Under the pieces are notes generated by a model. The model was not told where the DNA came from and did no database searches. It saw only the letters and a program-made list of their open reading frames with translations. The position numbers and the translations under genes were made by a program. From Parcubacteria group bacterium (GTDB lineage Bacteria > Patescibacteriota > Minisyncoccia > UBA6257 > Colwellbacteraceae), in contig JBAZMT010000002.1 in the NCBI GenBank assembly GCA_041649615.1, positions 10,017-74,016 of the forward strand: a DNA stretch of 64,000 nucleotides, read 5' to 3'. The stretch's first letter is position 1. Every line of letters begins with the position of its first letter. Shown piece after piece: positions 1-7,695 of this stretch.

Positions 1-1272
1 TTGCGTTCAACGGTTATCGGAGAGGCTATTGCAAATTTATTAAAATTTCAGGGATACAAAGTCATAAGCGACAATCATTTGGGAGACTGGGGGACACAAT
101 TCGGCGCGCTTATTTACGCTTACAAAAATTGGGCGCAGAAAGAAGAATTCAAGAAAAATCCGATAGAGCATTTAGTGTCGCTTTACGTTAGATTCCACAA
201 AGAAGCAGAGGAAAATAAGACTCTCTTGGACGAAGCGAGAAAAGAAACGGCTAAACTGCAAAAGAAAGACGCGGAAAATACCAAACTTTGGAAAAGTTTC
301 GTGAGAGAAAGTCTTAGAGAGTTCGGGAAAATATATAAGAGGCTTGGAGTGAAGTTTGACGTTACGCTCGGAGAAAGTTTTTACGAGCCTGACCTAAAGC
401 AAATCGTGGATGATGCTTTAAGACTTGGCATTGCGCGGAAAGACGAAGGAGCGGTAAAAATATTTTTCGGGGACGACAAATTACCGCCTTACGTGATAGA
501 AAAAGCGGACGGAAGCCATCTTTACACGACGACCGACCTTGCGACCGTAAAGTACAGAGTCAACAAATGGCATCCCAAAAAGATTCTTTACGTAGTCGCA
601 AACGAGCAAGCGTTGCATTTCGCGCAACTCTTTGAAGCAGTTAGATTGCTCGGACTTGCGCCCGAAACCGAATTACAGCACATAAAATTCGGAATGATGC
701 TCGGCGCTTCGGGGAAGAAATTTTCAACAAGAAAAGGGGAATTCATAAAACTCACGGAACTGCTTGATAAAGCGAAAGAATCGGCAGCGGAAATAAACCC
801 GTCATCAGCCGAGGAAGTGGGGGTAGGCGCCGTGAAATATTACGATCTTTCGCATTATCGGCTATCGGACATTGTTTTTGATTGGGACGCGATGCTTAGT
901 TTAAAGGGCAATTCGGCGCCTTATATCCAATATACTTACGCGAGGCTTAGAAATATCGTGAAAAAAGCAGGCAGATTAAAACCGAAGATGGACGCGAAAA
1001 TTCTTTTGGGAGAAGCGGAAAAGAAAGTTTTGGAATCGCTCATCCGTTTTTCGGACATAGCCGCCTATGCCGCGGAGAAATGCGAACCGAATCATTTGGC
1101 GGAATATTTATTTAAGATGGCAAACGCTTTGAACGCTTTCTACGAAGCTTCACCTGTCATAAAAGCGGAAAAGAAAACAGCGGAAGCGAGACTCGCGCTC
1201 GTAGTGGCCGGAACGATAGTACTGAAAAGTGGGTTAACGCTTTTAGGAATAGAACTTCCAAAACGAATGTAA
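1..1272 (+). CDS. argS: arginyl-tRNA synthetase, C-terminal part (5' truncated by the window edge)
   Basis: ORF open from position 1. Conserved ArgS catalytic-core and anticodon-binding (DALR) segments: 'DGSHLYTTTDLATVKYR', 'ILYVVANEQALHF'. Stop at 1270-1272 is immediately followed by the next ATG. Confidence 0.9.
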   Translation: MRSTVIGEAIANLLKFQGYKVISDNHLGDWGTQFGALIYAYKNWAQKEEFKKNPIEHLVSLYVRFHKEAEENKTLLDEARKETAKLQKKDAENTKLWKSFVRESLREFGKIYKRLGVKFDVTLGESFYEPDLKQIVDDALRLGIARKDEGAVKIFFGDDKLPPYVIEKADGSHLYTTTDLATVKYRVNKWHPKKILYVVANEQALHFAQLFEAVRLLGLAPETELQHIKFGMMLGASGKKFSTRKGEFIKLTELLDKAKESAAEINPSSAEEVGVGAVKYYDLSHYRLSDIVFDWDAMLSLKGNSAPYIQYTYARLRNIVKKAGRLKPKMDAKILLGEAEKKVLESLIRFSDIAAYAAEKCEPNHLAEYLFKMANALNAFYEASPVIKAEKKTAEARLALVVAGTIVLKSGLTLLGIELPKRM

Positions 1273-2034
1273 ATGAATTTTTGGAAAGAATTGAATAAGC
1301 CCATCTCGGCTTCAGCGCCGATGGCAGGGGTGACGGATGCAAATTTTAGACGCGCGCTCGCGGAAGCGGGCGGACCCGATGTTATTTGGACGGAGATGAT
1401 TCCTTTGCCGGGAATTGTGGCTAAAGGAAAAGAAGCGTTTGAAAAACATATGCGATTTTCGGAGATTGAAAGGCCGGTAGTGTTTCAATTTTTCGGAGCG
1501 AAACCGGAACAGTTCGCTCTTTGCGGAAAAATTGCCAAGAAATACGGAGCGGATGGAATAGACATTAATATGGGATGTCCCGACCGAAACATTCTAAAAC
1601 AAGGAGCGGGGGCGTGCATTATAAAATCACCTAGCTTGGCAAAGGAAATTATCGGGATAACGAAGGAAAATTCTTTAGGGTTGCCGGTTTCCGTAAAAAC
1701 CCGAATCGGATATTCAGAGGCTAAGGAAACGGAAAACTGGATTACGGCACTCGCGGAGGAAAAACTAGCGGCGATAATCGTTCACGGACGGACTAAAGAA
1801 GAGGGAAGGAAAGGAAAAGCCGATTGGAAACAAATTAAGAGAGCGGGAAAAATCATCAAAACGATAAGTCCCGAAACAATTGTTCTCGGGAACGGAGACA
1901 TTAAATCGCGGGAAGAGGGAGAGATGCGCGCGAAAGAAGCGGGAATAGACGGATATATGGTCGGAAGAGCGCTTGTAAAGAACATGCGGTTTTTTGCGGG
2001 GCTACAAGGAATTTCACAACTCCGCTCGCTCTAG
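1273..2034 (+). CDS. dus: tRNA-dihydrouridine synthase
   Basis: 'MAGVTDANFR' Dus N-terminal signature and a TIM-barrel FMN-binding pattern ('GIDINMGCP'). 253 aa. Confidence 0.8.
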   Translation: MNFWKELNKPISASAPMAGVTDANFRRALAEAGGPDVIWTEMIPLPGIVAKGKEAFEKHMRFSEIERPVVFQFFGAKPEQFALCGKIAKKYGADGIDINMGCPDRNILKQGAGACIIKSPSLAKEIIGITKENSLGLPVSVKTRIGYSEAKETENWITALAEEKLAAIIVHGRTKEEGRKGKADWKQIKRAGKIIKTISPETIVLGNGDIKSREEGEMRAKEAGIDGYMVGRALVKNMRFFAGLQGISQLRSL

Positions 2035-2046
2035 GCTCACTCCATC

Positions 2047-2106
2047 TTAGAAACCAACGGTTTCTAATATCTTCCTACACGGGGAAAAATTTAGAATTTT
2101 TCCCCG
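2047..2106. terminator. two tandem perfect hairpins between dus (+) and tRNA-Trp (-)
   Basis: TTAGAAACC-AAC-GGTTTCTAA (2047-2067) and CGGGGAAAAAT-TTAGA-ATTTTTCCCCG (2080-2106), read directly from the sequence. Confidence 0.5.
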
Positions 2107-2118
2107 ACCTCCTTTAAC

Positions 2119-2174
2119 GTTCAAGTCCTTGTAGATAACACAAGCATCTCTTGCGGGGCTACAAGGACTTGAAC
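2119..2174. repeat. 16-bp perfect inverted repeat made of the tRNA-Trp 3' end (T-arm/acceptor) and an inverted copy just downstream of the gene
   Basis: gttcaagtccttgtag (2119-2134) and ctacaaggacttgaac (2159-2174), with a 24-nt spacer. Confidence 0.7.
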
Positions 2175-2224
2175 CTTGATTAACGGTTTTGGAGACCGCC
2201 GTTCTGCCATTGAACTATAGCCCC
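2154..2224 (-). tRNA. trnW: tRNA-Trp (anticodon CCA); CCA tail not encoded
   Basis: Reverse complement folds as a cloverleaf: acceptor GGGGCTA/TAGCCCC, D GTTC..GAAC, anticodon stem GCGGT/ACCGT with loop CTCCAAA, T-arm CAAGG-TTCAAGT-CCTTG. Confidence 0.85.
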
Positions 2225-2300
2225 ATACTTGACGATTTTAACTGTAAAATTATTATTTTGCCAACTACAGGAGGAAGCTAAAATATGTTTTAATTCATAA

Positions 2301-2711
2301 ATGACCGATATGAAACATAAGGGTAGAAAATGGGCGTTTGTCGCCGTTGCTGTAGCAATAGTTGTGTTTCTCGGGCTAACGCTTGGTGATACTTTCCTTA
2401 CCGGTTTATCAATTAAAAAACCCGCTCAAGGTTCTCAAGACGGAGAGAAAGTGCTTTATCACACTTTCACTTGTCCGCATTGTGAAAACGTAAGAGATTA
2501 CATCGAGGAAAACGGGATAACGGGAATAACCGAAAAGGAAATATCCATAAGCCAAGTAGCGGCGAACGAACTTTATGACAGAATGGTAGAGTGCGGGAAA
2601 GACGCCTCTAAAGGACTTACTGTTCCGGTGTTGTGGGATAATGGAGAGTGTTTCTTCGGAGACACCGACATAATTAATCATCTTCAAGGGCCAACTTCAG
2701 AAAATGAATAA
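2301..2711 (+). CDS. membrane-anchored thioredoxin/glutaredoxin-fold protein (CPHC active-site motif)
   Basis: N-terminal TM helix, then 'TFTCPHCENV...VPVLWDNGECFFG', a Trx-fold pattern. ATGA overlap with the next gene. Confidence 0.6.
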   Translation: MTDMKHKGRKWAFVAVAVAIVVFLGLTLGDTFLTGLSIKKPAQGSQDGEKVLYHTFTCPHCENVRDYIEENGITGITEKEISISQVAANELYDRMVECGKDASKGLTVPVLWDNGECFFGDTDIINHLQGPTSENE

Positions 2712-3207
2712 ATTAACCAAAGTCAGTCTTGCGGTCGTAGCGGGCCTTCTTTTAAGCGGAAAAGCGTTAGCGGTGTGCCCCGTGTGCACGGTTGCGATTG
2801 GAGCAGGACTTGGAATTTCACGATTGCTTGGAATAAGCGATCTCATCTCGGCAACCTGGATAGGAGCGCTCCTTGCATCGGCTTCTCTCTGGACGATCAA
2901 TTGGGCGGCGAAAAAAGGAGTGCAATTTAAAGGTTTCCGGGAAATAGTTTTCGCGGTTTTTTACGTCCTGACGATCGTTTCTTTGTGGATCTCGAAAATT
3001 ATCGGCATGCCGGGCAATAGCGTGCTTGGCGCGGATAAGATCATGGCGGGAATTGCTTTGGGAACGGTTATTTTTATCGGAACGGAAATAATCTATGAAA
3101 TAACGAGAAAAAAGAGAGGAAAGGCTTTGTTTCCTTTCCAAAAAGTCGTTATGCCTTTCGCGGCTCTTGCTTTAGCGAGCGCGATATTCTATTTAATAGG
3201 AATATGA
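2704..3207 (+). CDS. polytopic membrane protein with an N-terminal CPVC motif
   Basis: Four or five hydrophobic helices; 'AVCPVCTVAIGAGLG' in TM1. Translationally coupled to the upstream Trx-like gene. Confidence 0.5.
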   Translation: MNKLTKVSLAVVAGLLLSGKALAVCPVCTVAIGAGLGISRLLGISDLISATWIGALLASASLWTINWAAKKGVQFKGFREIVFAVFYVLTIVSLWISKIIGMPGNSVLGADKIMAGIALGTVIFIGTEIIYEITRKKRGKALFPFQKVVMPFAALALASAIFYLIGI

Positions 3208-3275
3208 ATGTAATTTTCAATTTACAATTTCTAATTTCTAAATAATTTTCAATTTATAAAATATTTATAATTTTT

Positions 3276-3809
3276 ATGGAAAACGATCAGGAAAAGAAAA
3301 TAGAGGAACTTATAGAGAAAGCTTCTCGCGGTAAGAAAGGACAACTTGATTTATCTTCCGATGAGGATCTTTCCGTTGCCGTAATGAATCTTCTCTCAAT
3401 TGAAGAGCATTTCTTTTTCACGGCTGAAAAAACCGAGAATTCGGATTATCTGGATTTGCTCGCAGAAGTGAGAGAAATGAGAAAGGAACTTTTGAAGAAA
3501 CTCATTAAAGACTATGAAGGAGAAGTTTGGTGCATATCAAAACATTTGCTTGCGGCTTCAATGAGATTAATGGAAGTAGGCACAAAGCAATTAGGGCAGG
3601 GGAATAAAAAAGAAGCGGAGGATATGTTCAAGAAAGCGTATGAACTTTATTCTCTTTTCTGGGGAATAAATTTGAAGATCGTGAAATTGGACGGCGTTAA
3701 AAAAATCGCCGATGACGAGTTAAATGTGAAAGATGCGGGAAAAGGAAACAAGGGATTTGGTAGATTAGGGGAGATTGTAAAGCGGTTAGTTGATTGTTGC
3801 AGAGAGTAG
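3276..3809 (+). CDS. hypothetical protein (177 aa, charged/helical)
   Basis: Clean ORF with coding-like composition; no recognisable family. Confidence 0.45.
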   Translation: MENDQEKKIEELIEKASRGKKGQLDLSSDEDLSVAVMNLLSIEEHFFFTAEKTENSDYLDLLAEVREMRKELLKKLIKDYEGEVWCISKHLLAASMRLMEVGTKQLGQGNKKEAEDMFKKAYELYSLFWGINLKIVKLDGVKKIADDELNVKDAGKGNKGFGRLGEIVKRLVDCCRE

Positions 3810-3812
3810 GAA

Positions 3813-4187
3813 CTAGAGAACAAATTTTCTGCCTTTGTATTTTTTAGCTTCAATGATAAAGGCGTTATCGTTTTTTGAACTGTGTCTTATAGAGTGACAA
3901 TTAGCACAGAGGAGAATGCATTTATCTAGTTCCTTTTTAATAACTTCCCATTTTTTATTAGCAACATTTCCAATGACAAAATCTTTTTTATTATGATTAA
4001 CGTGATGGAATTGAAATGCTGCTTGATTTCCTTGCCATCCACAATCGACACATCTTCCTCCTAGTAGTTTGATGGCGGCAAGCTTGGTTCTGTATCTTCT
4101 TATTTTTGTATTGCATGATCCACATCGGGTTCGCATTTTGTTTTGGTAATCCTTAAATTTATTACCACACAGCTTACATATGCGCAT
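3813..4187 (-). CDS. HNH endonuclease (free-standing, homing-endonuclease-like)
   Basis: '...HHVNHNKKD...N...LLCANCHSIRH' HNH motif with a Cys-rich zinc-finger N-terminus. Paralogous to the ORF at 41296-41769. Confidence 0.75.
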   Translation of the reverse strand: MRICKLCGNKFKDYQNKMRTRCGSCNTKIRRYRTKLAAIKLLGGRCVDCGWQGNQAAFQFHHVNHNKKDFVIGNVANKKWEVIKKELDKCILLCANCHSIRHSSKNDNAFIIEAKKYKGRKFVL

Positions 4188-4286
4188 GTCAATAGTATAA
4201 CATATTATGTTCTACCGTATTGGATTGGTAATCTTGAAATTAATTAATTATCTGTTAATATACGCAAGTATTCTTCAAGAATATAA

Positions 4287-4575
4287 GCCGCGATAGCTCA
4301 GTGGTAGAGCGCATCCCTCAAGTTCAACTTCGGGGCCTTCTGCAGTAATGCGGATTGAATAACTGGGTGAATTCGGAAAAGGTTCTTAGCTAGCGCTAAA
4401 AATAATTCCGAGCCAAGCTCAAAAGGACACAGGTTTTTGAGAAGGTGTAGAGACTAGCAAGTGAGCTCCAACAATAACCTTGCATAAGCGCCCGGCTCCC
4501 TTTAAAGGGAGATGATATAGTCCGGATATCCTCTGGAAGAGGATGGCGTCGGGGGTCCGATTCCCTCTCGCGGCA
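4287..4575 (+). tRNA. trnF: intron-containing tRNA, most likely tRNA-Phe (GAA); exons about 4287-4318 and 4536-4575; CCA not encoded
   Basis: Exons join into a 72-nt cloverleaf: GCCGCGA-TA-GCTCAGTGGTAGAGC-G-CATCC-CU|GAAGA-GGATG-GCGTC-GGGGG-TCCGATT-CCCTC-TCGCGGC-A. Body is Phe-like (discriminator A, GCGUC variable loop). The anticodon call rests on the inferred splice junction, which could be off by 1 nt. Confidence 0.7.
4319..4535 (+). ncRNA. group I self-splicing intron (subgroup IC3-like) inserted in the tRNA anticodon loop
   Basis: 5' exon ends in U and the intron ends in G. Internal 'CGAGCCAAGC' and 'GAAGGTGTAGAGACTAG...GATATAGTCC' match the conserved core (P7 and neighbouring elements) of the Azoarcus tRNA-Ile and cyanobacterial tRNA-Leu group I introns as I recall them. 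GGGG near the intron 5' end can pair with exon CCCU as P1 with a G.U pair. No ORF inside. Confidence 0.8.
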
Positions 4576-4581
4576 CAAAAT

Positions 4582-4621
4582 GTAACAAAGAACTCCGATT
4601 GCAATCGGAGTTCTTTGTTAC
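4582..4621. repeat. 40-nt perfect palindrome (18-bp stem, 4-nt loop) between tRNA genes
   Basis: GTAACAAAGAACTCCGAT-TGCA-ATCGGAGTTCTTTGTTAC; no T-tract follows. Confidence 0.7.
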
Positions 4622-4643
4622 TAATATTTAAAAGTTTTCGCTT

Positions 4644-4718
4644 GCCCTCGTAGTTCAATGGATAGAGCAGCACACTCCTAACGTGCTGATGGAGGTTCGA
4701 TTCCCCCCGAGGGCACCA
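4644..4718 (+). tRNA. tRNA-Arg (CCU), CCA encoded
   Basis: Acceptor GCCCTCG/CGAGGGC, anticodon loop CUCCUAA, T-loop TTCGATT; ends ACCA. One mismatch in the T stem. Confidence 0.7.
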
Positions 4719-4731
4719 AATTTTTGTTTTG

Positions 4732-4802
4732 TCGGGCTGCCGGGAGTTGAACCCAGACCTCATGCTCCCAAAGCATGTATACTACCGCTATACTACAGCC
4801 CG
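4732..4802 (-). tRNA. tRNA-Pro (UGG); D-arm/position-26 region irregular
   Basis: Reverse complement has a clean anticodon arm CATGC-TTTGGGA-GCATG (U33, G37), T-arm CTGGG-TTCAACT-CCCGG and acceptor CGGGCTG/CAGCCCG. The D region is 1-2 nt short of canonical. Confidence 0.6.
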
Positions 4803-4831
4803 GTGTGGTTTGTAGCGGCATTATAACCGCG

Positions 4832-4903
4832 TACCCCGAGAAGGAATTGAACCCTCATTTACTCCTTAGAAGGGAGTCGTTCTATCCGTTGAACTATCGG
4901 GGC
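4832..4903 (-). tRNA. tRNA-Arg (UCU)
   Basis: Reverse complement GCCCCGA-TA-GTTC-AACGGATA-GAAC-G-ACTCC-CTTCTAA-GGAGT-AAATG-GAGGG-TTCAATT-CCTTC-TCGGGGT-A. Confidence 0.8.
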
Positions 4904-5013
4904 AAATAAACTCCTATAGACAATAGAAGTTTTTGGTTAAAAATTCAATTTTATAGACTCAACGCAGAACGTTTGCTAAAATTGTTTGGTATCTAACTTC
5001 TGCTCGGGTTGTC

Positions 5014-5943
5014 ATGATTCTCCAAATCTTAATTTTTGCCGCCTCACTTTTTTTGGTTGTTCAAGGAGCAACGCTTGCCACAAAATACTCCGCTAAAGTC
5101 GCGGAGCGTTTTAATCTTTCCCAATATATTGTCGGATTTATTATTGTCGCCTTTATTTCCATTCTTCCCGAGACGGTCATTTCCATAAGTTCGGCCATAA
5201 GGGGAATGCCTGAATTCGGTTTGGGGACGATATTCGGTTCAAATATCGCCGATCTGACGCTTATTTTCGCCATAATGACGATAGTGGCAGGTAGAGGACT
5301 TAAGATAGAGAGCAAAGTACTTAAGGATGTTCGCTTTTATCCTTTTCTAATAATGTTGCCGGTTATATTCGGACTTAACGGCCATTATTCTCGGCTTGAA
5401 GGGATAGCGCTTATAGTAGCCGGAGTATTCTTCTATTACTTGTTATTTAAAAGAGAAGAAAAAATGGATGCATATCACAGCGGCGTAGGCAGTGTGAAAA
5501 ATTTCTTGTTTCTGGTTTTCGCCATGGTCATATTGCTTTTAGGATCGCAATTTACGGTGAATTCCGCGACTGAAATCGCAGAAGTGCTAAATGTAACGCC
5601 AGTGCTTATCGCCATGCTTGTCGTGAGTATTGGAACGACAATGCCGGAACTTTTTTACTCATTGAAAGCCGTAAGGAAAAAAGAGGACGGTCTTGCCGTT
5701 GGTGATATTTTGGGAACGGTAATGGCGGACGCGACAATCGTAGTGGGCGTAATTGCCTGCATAAGTCCGTTTTATTTTCCGGCAAAGATAGTGTATGTGA
5801 CCGGGACGTTCATGGTTATCGCTTCATTCTTCTTAATGAAACTAATACGTTCCGAACGCGTTCTTACGCGGCTTGAGGGATTTTTGCTTCTTGCTTTTTG
5901 GATAGTTTACGCCGTTATAGAGTTTCTGGTGGGCAGGAATTGA
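5014..5943 (+). CDS. Ca2+/cation antiporter (CaCA family, YrbG-like Na+/Ca2+ exchanger)
   Basis: About 10 TM helices with duplicated alpha-repeat motifs ('ILPETVISISS', 'GTTMPELFYSL'). Confidence 0.75.
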   Translation: MILQILIFAASLFLVVQGATLATKYSAKVAERFNLSQYIVGFIIVAFISILPETVISISSAIRGMPEFGLGTIFGSNIADLTLIFAIMTIVAGRGLKIESKVLKDVRFYPFLIMLPVIFGLNGHYSRLEGIALIVAGVFFYYLLFKREEKMDAYHSGVGSVKNFLFLVFAMVILLLGSQFTVNSATEIAEVLNVTPVLIAMLVVSIGTTMPELFYSLKAVRKKEDGLAVGDILGTVMADATIVVGVIACISPFYFPAKIVYVTGTFMVIASFFLMKLIRSERVLTRLEGFLLLAFWIVYAVIEFLVGRN

Positions 5944-5982
5944 TTTGGCGAGAATTTATCCATACAATAAATCCGCTAATAT

Positions 5983-6058
5983 GGTGTCTATAGTGTAACG
6001 GTTAGCACTAGAGTTTGTGGAACTCTCGGTACGGGTTCGAATCCCGTTAGACACCCCA
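5983..6058 (+). tRNA. tRNA-His (GUG) with G-1 and encoded CCA
   Basis: G-1 + GTGTCTA...TAGACAC-C-CCA; anticodon arm AGAGT-TTGTGGA-ACTCT. Confidence 0.9.
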
Positions 6059-6060
6059 TG

Positions 6061-6096
6061 ACAATCCCCGTGTAAACACGGGGATTGTAATTTTCA
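6061..6096 (+). terminator. rho-independent terminator after tRNA-His
   Basis: ACAATCCCCGTG-TAAA-CACGGGGATTGT followed by a T-rich run. Confidence 0.65.
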
Positions 6097-6199
6097 ATTA
6101 CTAATTTTCAATTTTAAAATCCCAATTTCCAATGGCATTATAATGCGGGAGATATGTCCTTTTCGGCGTTTTAGTGCCTTATTATAATTGGTAAATACT

Positions 6200-6934
6200 A
6201 TGGACTTAATTCGCGAGTGCAAAAAGCTGATTGAGGCTTGCAAAAACGGGGAACTCGGTCCGACAGAGATGCCAGAAGATTCCAATCCGGGATTTATAAA
6301 GAAAGATAAAGAGCTTAGAATCGCGTATTTCACTCTGCCGATGGCTCTCAATTACCAGCGTGACAGTTTTGCCATGTGGCGAGCCGCTCTCGAGACTTAT
6401 AAAGACCCAGAAACGCGGAATGTTTTTAATGTTAACGCAACGACAAAAATGTCGGAAGCAAAATTGAGAGATAATCTTTTAAAACATAAATTGGCGCTTC
6501 AACCGAACAAACATACGGATACTTGGAAGAGAATATCTGAATCGGTTTATGGAGGCTGGAAAAGTTTCGAAGGAATGATATCGGCCTCGGATAATGATTT
6601 TTTGAAACTCAAGGAAGTGATTCAAGGATCAAACAAGAAAGGATTTCCTTATTTATCCGGTCCAAAAATATTCAACTATTGGTCTTCTATTTTAGGCAGG
6701 TACGCCGGAGTGGTTTTGAAAAACACGGAATACATAGAAATAGCCGTGGATACGCACATACTGAAATGTTCGGTCAAACTTGGAGTCATAACGCCGAAAG
6801 AAGCGGAAAAACTCGGGCGATTGGAAATCTCGGAGAGGTGGCGCGAAGCCTTAAAAGGGTCAGGAATATCTCCGGCCGATATGCATTTTGTCTTGTGGTT
6901 TTGGAGCAGAAACGGATTCATTTATAAACCATAA
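6200..6934 (+). CDS. putative helix-hairpin-helix DNA glycosylase-like protein (HhH-GPD superfamily, archaeal 8-oxoG glycosylase-like)
   Basis: 'FPYLSGPKIFNYW' resembles the HhH Gly/Pro-rich loop; 245 aa. Family call by motif only. Start taken at ATG 6200; the TTG at 6188 is the alternative. Confidence 0.4.
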   Translation: MDLIRECKKLIEACKNGELGPTEMPEDSNPGFIKKDKELRIAYFTLPMALNYQRDSFAMWRAALETYKDPETRNVFNVNATTKMSEAKLRDNLLKHKLALQPNKHTDTWKRISESVYGGWKSFEGMISASDNDFLKLKEVIQGSNKKGFPYLSGPKIFNYWSSILGRYAGVVLKNTEYIEIAVDTHILKCSVKLGVITPKEAEKLGRLEISERWREALKGSGISPADMHFVLWFWSRNGFIYKP

Positions 6935-6962
6935 TTAAAAACTGCCCAACGGAGCGGTTTGT

Positions 6963-7604
6963 CTATTTCAGTTTTCCGTCAAACTCTCCCATCAAGGTCT
7001 GATATTTGCGGTTGAGTTCGTTAATGGCGATGACATTATCGTTCATTTCTTTCGTAATTTTTTCCGTTTCCGCGTTGAAGTTTTCAGGGGTGTAACTCGT
7101 GAATTTTTTTCTCAAAACGTCTAAAAGCGCACGGGTATTCTCGTTGTAGTTCAAGAGTTTATCAACTAAAGAGATCTCCGTTGTTATGGCCTGCATGCCA
7201 AGCGCTTGAGCGTCGTTGTTCGGGACGGATGGCAGGGAAGAAGCCATTCTTTCCAACTCTCCCAGAAGCTCAATAGTTTTTGCGCGCGCAACTTCTACCC
7301 GTTCCAATTCTTGAATGGTGAGATTCAAGGCTTCATCGTATTTTCCCGCTTTATCTTTCTTTTCGATTTCGCTTATTGTATTAACGGAACTGCTTGAAAA
7401 TTCGTTTAGAAAGTCGGCGATAACGGCTCCGTTCATGCGGGCTTCGGCGAAACTTTCTGGAATGACAAATTTTTCTCTTGGAATGAAGGAAAAGCCGATA
7501 ATGGCGGCGAAAGTAATCGCGACCACTCCGAGTGACGGCAATATCCATTTACGGAACATGAGGCTCATATTATGAAAATTCTTTACAACAATCAAATCTT
7601 GCAC
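6963..7604 (-). CDS. hypothetical membrane-anchored protein
   Basis: Single N-terminal TM segment, then a coiled-coil-like region; no family recognised. Confidence 0.45.
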   Translation of the reverse strand: MQDLIVVKNFHNMSLMFRKWILPSLGVVAITFAAIIGFSFIPREKFVIPESFAEARMNGAVIADFLNEFSSSSVNTISEIEKKDKAGKYDEALNLTIQELERVEVARAKTIELLGELERMASSLPSVPNNDAQALGMQAITTEISLVDKLLNYNENTRALLDVLRKKFTSYTPENFNAETEKITKEMNDNVIAINELNRKYQTLMGEFDGKLK

Positions 7605-7624
7605 TAAATTTAAGCCTGTTTTAA

Positions 7625-7695
7625 GCGGGATTAGTATAGTGGCAGTACGCTACCTTGCCAAGGTAATGGCGCCGGTTCGATTCCGGTATCCCGCT
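7625..7695 (+). tRNA. tRNA-Gly (GCC), discriminator U, CCA not encoded
   Basis: GCGGGAT-TA-GTAT..., anticodon loop TTGCCAA, T-arm GCCGG-TTCGATT-CCGGT, acceptor ATCCCGC-T. Confidence 0.85.

Noticed and set aside
4319-4535. Possibility that the HNH endonuclease is encoded inside the group I intron
   Set aside because: The intron is only about 217 nt with no ORF. The HNH gene is a separate upstream gene on the opposite strand.
4396-4763. Minus-strand ORFs of 60 and 114 aa from the ORF track
   Set aside because: They lie entirely over the tRNA-Phe 3' exon, the group I intron, the 40-nt palindrome and tRNA-Arg(CCU). The RNA genes explain the sequence, so the ORFs are treated as spurious.
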